Below are positions 31,551 to 43,027 of a stretch of DNA of 44,736 nucleotides, piece by piece. Positions within the stretch are counted from its first letter, which is position 1, and each line of letters opens with the position of its first letter. The notes under the pieces are model-generated. The model searched no databases. It was given only the letters and a program-made list of their open reading frames with translations, and had not been told where the DNA came from. This DNA is from Craspedostauros australis (taxonomy: Eukaryota), in NCBI GenBank assembly GCA_030167865.1, contig JALAGF010005356.1, positions 1 through 44,736 on the forward strand, written 5' to 3'. A program made the position numbers and the translations under genes.

Positions 31551-33700
31551 GTTGGTTTGGAAGATCGGAGTGTTCTTTGAGTGATGGAGCTGAAGGAGTT
31601 GGCAGAATGGTTGATGCTATCGCTGCTGTCGCTGCTGTTGTTTGGTGTTGCTGTCTGATTTTGTGAGGAGATAGTTGTGGGGGACCGATCGCAAGGGGGT
31701 GCAAGAGAAGAATCATCGGAGTGGGTGGGAAGCCCCCAAGCATCCCCACACAGCGTCTCTTGGTTCTTCCTCGACCTCCTTGGCCATCGTTTACACCAAT
31801 GACGAGTGGTTGCTGTTGTGATCGTGGTGGTAGTAGCAGTGGTAGGATTAAGTCGTAGAGTGGACGCGAGAGTACCAGTAACAACAGCGAGGCTGTTCGC
31901 ATTGTGTGGATCCGAGCATTGGGAAGAACTAAAGGCCAGACCGCTTCTCATCCGGGCCTGTTTTGGGTCCAAAACCACCAGGGTCGGCTCCCCAGATAGA
32001 TTCTTACCGGCAACATCATCACTGATAAAGGTACTATCCAGGCACAGAAGGAATTGTTGCGGACCCTCATTCGTGGTGGCAAGTGTGGTTGGTGAAACCG
32101 TCTCGGAATTTCAGCAATTCCTTTTGTACGGACTGCGAGGTCGAGAGGCCAGCAGCGCTCCACGGCGGTCATTGGCATCATTTGTAAATTTGCATTCTCA
32201 AAACACGGTTGGCCCAACTGGATCCATGGTACAGTTTATTTGTGGCTTTTTCTCTCGATTGGCGGAGATAGAGATAGTGGACAGTACTGGTAGGTGTGTG
32301 CAAGACAGCTGTCGTACATAGCTCATGTACTCTAGAGTACAATACGAACCAGGCGGTGGTGCGCAACTAGTCCCCACCGATCATTGCGCATTTTTGTCCT
32401 CCTTGGTGCTGCATCCGTTCCACCCAAGGCGCTCCAGTGGATTGCCATTCTCACATGATGCAGCACAAACTATTTCTCTGATGGTGATGCAAGTGTCCGT
32501 GGTGTATGGTGCCTGCAGCAGCAGCCGCCGACGTTACATATACGTGCACCTCCGAAGACACACCCTCCGCATCTCTACCTTGCCTCTTGCCAAAACTGGA
32601 GAATGAGCACATTCTCGAACGAACATGGCGACAATTCGCCGAATTCCATCACCCCTTCTGCCGCCGACACAAGTTCTTCATGTTGGTTGGGAAGGACCAC
32701 CGAATGCTCTGTAGAATGAATCATCACTTTTCACACATCCAAGAATAAGCACCATTGCGGTCCTCCATTCTCGTACGCAACAGAACGTTGACGGCAACTC
32801 CCTGGAACGTCTTTATCCATGATGTCAAATGGGAACATCGTTGCAGCGCCATGACGCACGAACAGGCAACGAAAAGCTCCACAGCGCAATCCCATGACGC
32901 ACGAGGACTTGAATTGGTCTTGATTGTGAACCATGGACATCTCCCAATGATCCGTTCGTCCCTGTCGAAGAGCGTGCAGAAGCAAACCGCGATTGCAAAC
33001 CAGAAGTCAGGAAAAGACTCGACGCAAGATACGAGAAAACAATGATGTGACGCACTGAAGTAGTATATAATAGAATAGGTGGCTTGTGCATCATCTCTAC
33101 GAGTACCCCCTCAAGGAAGCCGAAGCGGGCGCTGGTCTTGTTTCTGTCAAGAATTCCCCGATTTCAAATATCCAAAACCATCGTTTTTGTCTCTCTGCGT
33201 TTGCCAGATTCATTGGCATTCTCGCATGCGCTCGTGCACACGAACCCCTTGTGGGTTCGAACCAACGATGGGTGGGGCAAGGGGGCATTTCAGGTAGTGT
33301 ATGGGACGAACGACAACAGGACAGATTTTCAGTCCTTGTCCTTTTCATTTTGGGAAGGGCGCCGCGAAGCGCTCGCCACAGCATTGTACCTGCAAGTCTG
33401 CTGCGACTGTTTGGGCGTGGTTGTCGCGTTAGCGTGTTTCAAATAGTACCATTCACACCTCCGTCGGTGGCGTGTTGGAGATGCGGGCGACCAAATCGCG
33501 GAAGCGAAGACATCGGATCTTCCCGCAGTTCCTTTGTTCCTCTTCCATTTCTTCCTTTTGTGCCATTGCTTCGCAAGTCAGCAACGGCATCACGCAACCA
33601 TCGGTTTCCTCCGCTTCGTTCCTTGATTCCTTCGTCCATCCCCATCCTCGTTTTGCCTGTGCGAAGCATGCCACAGTATTTATGCGATACCCGGTGGGCT

Positions 33701-33734
33701 TTGACTTGACTTGACTTGACTTGACTCGACTCGA
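33701..33734. repeat. (TTGAC)n pentanucleotide repeat
   Basis: ttgacttgacttgacttgacttgactcgactcga. Confidence 0.85.
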
Positions 33735-35360
33735 TAATGTAATAATACTATGCAAACATTCCCTCCATTGATGTACCATATCTGCGCCTGTGTGGGCATT
33801 GATCTAATTGTAAGACGAGCACCATACTCATCCTCGTACTCATATTCGTCCTCGTGGAGTGCACGGAAGTGTTGTCGTGATACTTCTTGTACAAGTGGTA
33901 CATTCTTTGATCTACACAATCTCTCTAGACTGCGTTGTCCCTGAATGAGACATCCACGAGCCACCCATCACGATCCATTTGACTATGGTAGTGTGACTAG
34001 ATTACAACGTGACTCCCGTCCAAAAACCCTGACGGAACCAAAGAAAAGAGAGAGTCATCGGGACAAACACGTGACAGTTGCCAACCTGACAAACCAACAT
34101 CTCCAATAAACTCCCCCAAACATGATGGCACAAGTACTCGTAGAGTATGGTGCGGCACACGATGCTTCCTGTATCTCCTGTCGAGACCGCTCGTGGTGCT
34201 CCCGTCGTTCTTGTTGATGCGGATTGGAATGTTGGTGGAGGGAGTTGAATAATATAATAAGACGCACGCCATCGGTTGGCTGCGTGAAAACCTCTATCGG
34301 GATACGATTAGTTGTGCGATCCAGGCACAAGACACGACCATCAGAACCAGCCATAATACGATCTACAAGCCCACTGCGCTCTCGTAAGGCCAACGGCAGA
34401 TGGGAAGCTGCGGAGAGAGGAGACGTCGCTGCGTCTCTGGCTCGTACGGGCACCAACGCCGACGCCGCACAACACGGACACTTCTTCAATTTATTTGAAG
34501 CGACGGCAAGACACGCGAATTCAGCTTCCATCGTTGATCGTTGCCATCGTCAACAGCGACACCAACAAAATACCATCGCAGCTTCAGACCGCTCTCGTCT
34601 CTTCGCCTCAAAGCACTTCCGTTGAACGGCCGTCAACAGCAGGATGGGCGACCAGACAGTGACAATTGTCGACATTCCAAAGCCTACGAATCAGGACACG
34701 AAATCTTTCTCTCTTGAATCCAATCTTCGACCAAGCAGCTTTCTGGTCCGACATGTCGGGTTTGAAGCACCACGCAACGCAAGACTTCCTGGAACGGCAC
34801 GCCGCCGTATGAATGAAACGGGCTGGCATCGCCGCTTTCAATGAGACCGACCTCCAGGAGGCATGTGAAAGTGTTGTTCCGAGGTAGAAGCAGGCCCGCC
34901 AATATGTTTTGAAGCAGGTGCGCAATAGCCAAGATGCTTCACAACCACAGAAGGATGTTGTGGACTACAACCTTGATCAAGGGGCCACCTCGGCGGGACG
35001 GTGGCTCTTCGCCTTCCTTTGTGTCCATGGACCAATCCCTGGATGTATCGTCTCCATTGCACGGCCATTCAATATCGACAGCGAACTCATCAATGTCGCC
35101 GAGCCGTACCAATCGATTCTCGAACTGCTCAAGGTGATCCGCAGTGGTGACACCAACCTCAGTCGCTTTCGAAGTCTGCGCTGTACCTCGGCAAGTAACA
35201 AACCAGAGGGTACCGGTCACAAAGGAACGCTCCAGTGTCAGTTGGAGCTCCGCACTCTCCTCTCGTCAAGAACCAGGATATTCCGCACGTCGTCATGCGG
35301 ACCGTGGACGCGCATCATACTAGCACAGTACATTTGAAATTCACCTCAAACGTTGAATCT

Positions 35361-37593
35361 TTAGATATTTTCTCTCAAAACTGAAACGACGCTCTTGAAG
35401 GCGAACCACTCTGGGATGTCCTCACCTCCACGGAGCATTTGGCGGAACTTGGTTCCGGAAAGCTTCTTGAGGGAAAGTCCCTTCTCCTTGGCTTCATCGG
35501 CCGTCACGTAACCCTCCTCGTCGGTGTAAACGAGGTTCAGGGATGGCACTGGTGTCACGCCGAGCTTCTCAGAACTCTCACGGGCAAAGTCCTGGGCGTC
35601 GTAGGCGCCATAGTAGTCCTCGCCAGTGATGCTGGACTTGGATCCGGCCATGTCACGTCCGATGATAAAGTGTGTGCATCCGAAGTTCTTGCGGATGATC
35701 ATGTGCTGGATGGCCTCACGTGGTCCGGCCATATGCATGGAGTATGGGAGGTACTCCCAGAAGACACGTGGGTTGGCGGTCTCCTCCTTGAGGACCTCGT
35801 AAGTCTTGTATCGGACGGTACCTGGGATATCGTCCGCCTGTTGTTGTCGATGTATTTGCGATTGCAATGTCGCAGGCAGTACCAGGATCGATTTATTTTC
35901 ATTTCAAGTTCGATTGATGCCGAAGACAAATGAGAGTGTGAGTTGTGGCGATATCCCGGAATGTAATGTTGTGGTCGCAGTGGATGTCATGCAATTCTCC
36001 AACGGACGAGTGTGAAAGGGCTCCGAAACAGTCAGCTCTTCATCTCTCACTTGCGGCGTGAAATCCATTTTATGATGTCTCCGAGCAGCAACAGCAGAAA
36101 AGGGAATGATTGTGCAATTCGTTCGTGTGTACAGTAACTCACCTGGGTTGGTCCGCAGGTTGGGTGGACGAGGACGATTCCTCCCTCGCCGATGAGTGGA
36201 TCATCGAGGGCGCGGGTGAAGAGCTCGTAGTGAGCACGGTGGACTGGGTTGCGGCACTGGAAGGCGACGACGTCCTTGTCATCTGGGAGCTCGGCGCGGA
36301 CCTCGGCTGGGGTCTTGCATGGGAAGTCGCGGACTGGGAAGTTCAGTCCGGTGACCTTTCCACCCATGTAGTAGGCACCACGCTCGGTGGCAACCATGAG
36401 GGTTCCTGGGTGCTCCAGCTCGGAAGTTCCGTAGCACTTCTTGGACTCGACGGCCTTGTTTGGCTTGAACTTGTCGGTGAATTCGACCGTGGCAATTGGG
36501 AGGTCGCCCTGCGTGAGGAGGACTGTGGTTCCTGGCTCGAGGTCCTCGTCATCGGTGTCGAAGATGACTGGAAGTCCGAACATGGTGCCGTCTGGGAGGG
36601 CGACGTCGTCGACGACACTGGTGTAGGTGGCTTCGTCCATGAATCCGGTGAGTGGGGAGAATCCACCGTTCATGATGAGCTCGAGGTCGCAAAGCTGACG
36701 GTCGGAAGCCTCGAGGGTGACGGTGGCCTTGGCGATGGCGGCCTCCTTCTCCTCGTCGCTCTTGATGACGAGGTCGATGAGGGTGCCTCCGTGTGGGGTC
36801 TGCTTGGCAGCCATGAAGAGAGCTCCGCTGCAGTTTCATGCGTAATAGAGATTTCGAATGAGTTGTGCAGAGCACGGGAATGAGTGCGAGAACGAATGCG
36901 TGCAGATGATGTATGATTTGGCCGTTTCATGACGTTGGTGCATGCAGTTCGTTCGTTCGTTGGTGAATGTGGCATGGTGTCATTCATCGTTTTGGAGAGC
37001 GAGAATGCCAATGAATTGCGAATCAGAGAAAGTAAATTCAATTCAATTCATTTTGCACGGATGCGTCGTCGCAGTTGCAGATCAACACCATACAATGCCA
37101 TACATGGTGAGGGATGTGCATAGGATGAATGAATAAGTGAAAGATGGTGTATGGTTGGGTGAGAAAGAGGAAGTGTCGGGGTGGTGATTGGCCATCGCAT
37201 GAAGACTGAAGGGACACAAATAATTCGGAACGGTGCCGTTCGAAATGAATCGAATGACATGCGACCGAATGGATCCGTCATGGTCCACAGCATTGATCCG
37301 AATGCCTCGACGCTACTCGGAACGCCATGCCGTCGATGGTGGATGCCGCCACTTCTGAATGCCATGCAGCTGGTCTCTTCCTCTGTCCCTCGCAATCATC
37401 GGAGGATGCTCAGAGCAATGCTTGAGACGGCCGCACAAAGTGAGAATGGCAACGCAACATGGGTACAACAGACTCACTTGGTGGCTGGGGCAGCGGTGGC
37501 CAGGCTGTTGATGTTGACCGCACGGCGTGGTTGCATGGCGGTGAAGGCCGAGGCTCCGGCGGTGAGGAAGGCGGCAGCGGTGAGGAACTTCAT
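35361..37593 (-). CDS. sat: Plastid-targeted ATP sulfurylase (sulfate adenylyltransferase); 3 exons (37593-37478, 36827-36143, 35837-35361), ~425 aa
   Basis: PHGG.L, GGFSPL.GFM, AFQCRNPVHRAH, MHMAGPREAIQHMIIRKNFGCTHFIIGRDMAG, LSGTKFRQMLR.G..IPEWF. Exon 1 MKFLTAAAFLTAGASAFTA is a signal peptide with an ASA-F cleavage motif. Introns 37477-36828 and 36142-35838 are GT-AG and restore the frame (1278 nt). Confidence 0.95.
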
Positions 37594-38543
37594 CTTGACT
37601 ATCTTCTTCTTCGATTTCAGAATGGTTACTTTCTGGTTTTATGACTCTCCACGGGAGCAAGAGGCATACGGAACAACACACGGAGACACCACACAAAACA
37701 GACACAAACGCAAATGCAAAACCAATCTGAAGAACAGCATTGTTCTCACACGCACACGAATGAACTGTCTGTGAGGTGCTCCGACGAAGGTGAGGTGTTG
37801 GCATGTGACTTGCGTTCGCATCACGGGGCACAACGTCTGTCACAAATTGGTTGGATGTCAAAGATTCGTTCTGTGTCCCACAGCCCTTCGTTCATTTTTT
37901 CGTGTGTTGCGTGGCCACGGAGGATCTTGGACTGACGTTTTGCTTTTTGTGAGTGCGCTTCATGGAGCTCGATGATAGACCTCGTACATACAGAATGGAG
38001 TTGGTTATGTTCACTCTTCTCCACCAATCATGATGCACTCGTCCATCTGTCTTCGCACCGCGTTTCAATCATGGCCAATTCATGATTGAAATAGTCCGAT
38101 CGGTCAATTACAACGTCAATACAACGTCCGTATATTCTCAAGTAATCAGCACTGATTGGTTGTATTGCAGCGCACGACGAAAACCATTTTGGCGCGCAAA
38201 ATTGACTCCGACTTTCTTCTCTGTGCTGGTCGTGCGAATGAGGAGTTTTGTTTCCCGAAGCACGCTCGCGTTGTTTCGTCCTTGTTGATGTGCGCAATGG
38301 TGACATTCATCCATCCGTTTGTGTCTCATGCGGTACGCGTGTGGTATTATACAAACAAGCACACTCCATACTCCGTCGGTTGGAGAATCTTCATCGAACC
38401 TATGCTCTTCCTATGGTACATCTGAATGCGAAAGATCACCACAAAAGCGACAAACAGCAGCGGCAAACAGCAGCACCAGCAATACGGGCACGCATTGTGC
38501 TCGTTTGCAGGCTGTGATCGAAGACACTGACGAACATCGAGTG

Positions 38544-40460
38544 ATGTTTGAGTATGAGCTCACAAGAAGTGAAGCACAGAGAAGCGACGCGAAGATGATG
38601 GGCAATGGAACACGTCCACGGCGGATGGCAGCGAGGGCAGTGAGGACATCACCTTGCGATCCTTCTCAACTCAACACGCAGAAGATGCCAACATCGACTT
38701 CAGCATCAACATCGACAATGTCATCGGCGTCCACAAGACGGTGGCATGCGCGCAGATTGAGCTGCTTTCTCATCATCGCGTGCTGCGCCACGCTCTTCGA
38801 ACCCGCGCTCCACTTCGTGAGATACCAGGCCAGTCTGAAAGATTCCCTGTCAACGGCAGACGGATATGATTACGATTTGCCTTCTCCAATCCATCGACCG
38901 CAGCAGGATTCCGTGCCGACGCGCAACGGGATGGTCCCGCGATCTAAGCTGCGCAACAAGTTCATTCTGGACTCGGATCCGCTCATGCCTGACGTCGGGA
39001 TCGAAGACGGCGATGCTCTGTCTTCGGATGATGCGAGTTCACCTCAGCCTGATCATCCATCTGATGTGCTGACGCCCACACAAACGCATGCCCGCATCGT
39101 CTATCTGCAACCAAATGAAGATGACAAATTGCAGCACACGGCAACGCGGGTCATGGAACTGCAGGCACCGCAACACAACGAAACGGGACGGGTACGCGAA
39201 CGCAGACCCTTCGAGCGGCACTTTTATGACGAATGTGAGCCTATTGCCCAGTTGCAATTGCGACCATCCTGCAATGGGTTGCATGAGTTCGCTTTGCAAG
39301 ATGGATATGCTGTCCCCAGTGGCGTGAATGCGACAGCAACAGCAACCACATCTGCGACAACGCCTACAGACGCAACGAAGAGTATGGCAGCAATGAAAGA
39401 AGCCGAGAAATTCATTGCGACGTCGGATGCGGAGGCGAGCGCTTCGTTGCTATCGTTGCGAGGGTCATGGCGAAGCACGTGGAGGATGGAACGACGGCGC
39501 TCCATGCAATCATTGTCCACAGCGGATTCACAGACAGGCAACGCAGGAAGCCATGATGACAATCCGATCGTCATGAAGATGCTGCATTTACACCGCCGAT
39601 TCGACGAGGAATCGTTTCAAAACAACAACCTCGACGCCATGGTCATGGAACGATTGACGGCCAGCCCCTACGTTGTCACCGCATACGGATACTGCGGGCA
39701 GTCCATCCTCACCGAATGGGCTCCCACCGGCGGTCGCGAGCACATCAAACAAACGTCGCTGCGTCCCAAGGAACGCCTCAAGATCGCGCGGGACCTTGCC
39801 AGGGGATTGGCGGATCTGCATGCCCTGCGATATGTCCGTACCTACACTGCCGAGGAGTACCGCAAAAGCCAGCGCTCTTTGCAGCATGGTCAAGTCTTTC
39901 GATTGTTTGCGCACAACGACATCAACGTGGCCAACACCGTTCAGATCAAGGGACGCGTCAAATGGAACGATTTCAACATTGGGGAACTGCAGCGGCATGC
40001 GCCATCACGTAGCGGCAGCAACGCGCACAAGCAGAACGCAACTCATGAGCATTGCCTCGCGCCGGTGCGGTACCGAAGTGATCTGTGGAGATCACCGGAA
40101 GAGATTCGAAACAGCACGTCCGTCGATCTCGAAAAGACCGACGTGTACGGGCTGGGCAACATCCTCTTCCAGGTGCTCACGAAGCACCAACCATGGATGC
40201 AGATGGCGAATACGACCCAGACCCTGAACGTCACAACCCAGAAGTTGGCGGGACACATGCCGGATGTACCGGAAAAGTATCGCAACAGCACGCGTGCGGA
40301 AGTCCATGCCATGCTCTTCTCCACGATGTCCTGCTTCCGACCTCAGCCCGAATCAAGACCATCCGCCATGGAGTTGGCCTACAAACTGGGCAAGGTCTAC
40401 GAATGGCTCAAAACGGGACGTCCACCAGCCAAGAAGGTCCGTGACTTGTTCACCAAGTGA
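38544..40460 (+). CDS. Protein kinase, PKDCC/VLK-like diatom type, with N-terminal membrane anchor
   Basis: Hydrophobic LSCFLIIACCATLF, then GSWRSTW, IVMK, DAMVMERLTASPYVVTAYGYCG, HNDINVAN, NDFN (DFG equivalent), WRSPEE, KTDVYGLG and RPSA. Start could be 38544, 38595 or 38685. Confidence 0.82.
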   Translation: MFEYELTRSEAQRSDAKMMGNGTRPRRMAARAVRTSPCDPSQLNTQKMPTSTSASTSTMSSASTRRWHARRLSCFLIIACCATLFEPALHFVRYQASLKDSLSTADGYDYDLPSPIHRPQQDSVPTRNGMVPRSKLRNKFILDSDPLMPDVGIEDGDALSSDDASSPQPDHPSDVLTPTQTHARIVYLQPNEDDKLQHTATRVMELQAPQHNETGRVRERRPFERHFYDECEPIAQLQLRPSCNGLHEFALQDGYAVPSGVNATATATTSATTPTDATKSMAAMKEAEKFIATSDAEASASLLSLRGSWRSTWRMERRRSMQSLSTADSQTGNAGSHDDNPIVMKMLHLHRRFDEESFQNNNLDAMVMERLTASPYVVTAYGYCGQSILTEWAPTGGREHIKQTSLRPKERLKIARDLARGLADLHALRYVRTYTAEEYRKSQRSLQHGQVFRLFAHNDINVANTVQIKGRVKWNDFNIGELQRHAPSRSGSNAHKQNATHEHCLAPVRYRSDLWRSPEEIRNSTSVDLEKTDVYGLGNILFQVLTKHQPWMQMANTTQTLNVTTQKLAGHMPDVPEKYRNSTRAEVHAMLFSTMSCFRPQPESRPSAMELAYKLGKVYEWLKTGRPPAKKVRDLFTK

Positions 40461-41322
40461 TTGTGACACTCACAACTTCGTCCATGGTGACTCATCACGG
40501 CATTGCGAAACATGCCCGCGTGTTCGTACGCACGTCATGCCACCCACACGTACCCAACTCCATTTGTACAGTGTGGTACCTGCTGGAGAGCAGGGTAGTT
40601 CGTAGAGCATGGCACACAAAGTGGAAGAAGCTCCGTCTGTGTTGGCGTTTGGGGGAAGAACTCGTACTCCATGATCCGGCCCAACAACCATCAGGGACAA
40701 AACACGGGTGCTCATGAAGTGGAATGGAATGGTGTGGCATGCTACGATAGTCGTACTGCGATGCGGCGATGACCATACTCGTACTCTGCCACACCTGTTA
40801 TGCACATCTATTCGTCACATCGCGCATTCTCTGCCGTACATCACACATCATCAAGTACCAACGAGTACTCTACTATGAGAGCAGCGTGTGCAGACGAGGC
40901 TCGTGATCGACAGCCATCATGTCCATGTGCGGCAACCGCACCCGTAAGAATCTACGAATACGAGGAAGCATAGTTGATGGGAGGTGGCGCCTGTCAATGG
41001 TTGAGTGGTGACACGAATGTTGTGATTTATTGTCACCAGGGTACACCGGGCTCTCGTCGCCTCCTCGTCCTTTCCGGACACAGCGGTCGTGTTCTCATTG
41101 GGGTATGGGCGATGCCAAGCACACACCAAAAGCAGACAGAGAAGCCCTTGCTCGCACAAATGCCCCCTTGACCAAGCCGAAAAAGTTCTTCTCGCAGAGG
41201 AACAGCATTGCTCACAAATTCCAAACACTGATGCGCAAAACCGAAACCCACACACAAAAACTGAATCGACGCAGCCATCATCGACCAGGAGCACAAGAAT
41301 ACTAATCATCATCCCCATCATC

Positions 41323-42315
41323 ATGACCCTGAATAAGTTGCTGCAAGGCACGGCCATCGTTGTTGCGGCCGTCACAAGCGCCCACGCATCGCCATCAGCG
41401 ACGATGACGGCAATGATGGAATCTCCATCATTCATCTCACACAGAATGGACGGAACAATGCCACTGCGCACCGACAACCTCGCCTTCTTGATGAATCGAG
41501 AGCACATCGAAACGTGCACATCGTCCACTTCCGTGTTGACGACGCTGGCCACCACGGCATGGACGCTGTCCTTGATGTTGTTGCCACCAACGCTGGCATC
41601 GTCAACGTTGCAACCTTCCAAGGCCCCATCGACGACGTTTGAACATCTCGAGGAGCGCGTGCGCAAGCTGTTCTCCTCCATCGACTTTCACCCTCACAAA
41701 CGCACTCAAAGCCACGTCGAGTGGACAGATGATGGCACCATCGCTGCCGTTTCCCGTGGCATCACACACGACTTTGTCCCCAGTGACTTTGAAGGGTTTC
41801 TGAACAACTTTGTGGAAGAGTTCCCATTGATCCATCCGCTCTGCTGCTTTGCCGAATCGTTGGGATGCGACGAGTCTCATGTCGACGACAATGACAATGC
41901 TGGACGCGAAGGAATCAAGGCCTACTTGAGATTGCCGTTTCCGTTGCGGGAGCGCGTGCTGTACCCATGGCTACTCAAGCGCCTGCACGTCCGCCCCAAC
42001 GAGCATCTCCTCGTCATGACTGAAGACGACAACGACGAGCTGATACGACAGCACTACCATGAGACGCCCGAGGCCAACAGCAAGCGAGTGCAGGCGCGCA
42101 TGTTCCTGTGCGCCTACTGGATCCGTCCCCTTCACAACGATCGCCAGGAGATCGTGGGGACGGAGATCCTGTACTGTTTCTCGGGCGACGCCGGCGGCGG
42201 TATCCCACAGTGCATCCAGAACACGTTGGGTCCCAAGGGCGCTCAAGACAGCGTGCAGGGATTGCTGAAGCACCTGCGGAAGCAACGCAGAGCGGCGTGC
42301 AAAGTGGTCGCGTAG
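41323..42315 (+). CDS. START/SRPBCC-like lipid-binding domain protein with predicted signal peptide, ~330 aa
   Basis: MTLNKLLQGTAIVVAAVTSAHA leader. LRLPFPLRERV and WIRP...GTEILYCFSGDAGGGIPQCIQN fit the START pattern (PWP..RD..; D.GG.IP....N). Confidence 0.68.
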   Translation: MTLNKLLQGTAIVVAAVTSAHASPSATMTAMMESPSFISHRMDGTMPLRTDNLAFLMNREHIETCTSSTSVLTTLATTAWTLSLMLLPPTLASSTLQPSKAPSTTFEHLEERVRKLFSSIDFHPHKRTQSHVEWTDDGTIAAVSRGITHDFVPSDFEGFLNNFVEEFPLIHPLCCFAESLGCDESHVDDNDNAGREGIKAYLRLPFPLRERVLYPWLLKRLHVRPNEHLLVMTEDDNDELIRQHYHETPEANSKRVQARMFLCAYWIRPLHNDRQEIVGTEILYCFSGDAGGGIPQCIQNTLGPKGAQDSVQGLLKHLRKQRRAACKVVA

Positions 42316-42955
42316 ATGGGTCGAACGGAGGGATGTGTAGAACAAAGAAGAGTGCGAACAAAACAGAACGGCAACAATAGAACAATAGTATAATAGCAGA
42401 GTAGTAGCACACGACACGCTGTCAATCATGGAACGCATCACTTGTATTATGTTATTAGATCTGCCGTCAGAGGAGCAGGGACTGCGGGATCGAATGATAG
42501 AAGAGCGCTCTGCCAAGCACATAAGAATGCGCTGTATGACGGGCAGTCGCGGCATCAATGCGTTCCACATCGCACACCAGGGAATGGACGATCTATTCCA
42601 TAGAATGCCACTTCTGCGACTGCTACCATGATACGATGTTCCGATTACAAACAATCGCCAGTGGGAGAGGGTATTGCAGTTGGTCGCATACCACAGCGTA
42701 CCAAACGAGTAGAACAGTCGACGCATTTATTCACATTTACCGCACACCATGTCTAACCTGGCTAGCATGTACCAGCACCATCGTCAACGATCTACACTTG
42801 GCCTTCAGGGACACTCGGCAGAAAGTCGGGAGTTGCTACAACCGGTAACGTGTTAAGTAACATAATATCATGATATTATGAATTGGTCATACATCATTGC
42901 TGCGTATTGCGTCAATTACTCCCTTGAGAGAACCTTGAGTCGTAACAGAGAAACT

Positions 42956-43027
42956 CCCGACATTCCCGACAAAGCTCCCGACATTCCCGACAAAGCACCC
43001 GACATTCCCGACAATCCCGACATTCCT
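42956..43027. repeat. Seven CCCGACA motifs in a 9/12-bp alternating (21-bp higher-order) array
   Basis: Motif starts at 42956, 42965, 42977, 42986, 42998, 43007 and 43016. Confidence 0.85.

Noticed and set aside
32300..35340. ORFs of 60-207 aa in the long intergenic region
   Set aside because: None shows motifs or spliceable continuity; a decayed gene near 34640-35340 cannot be excluded but cannot be supported.
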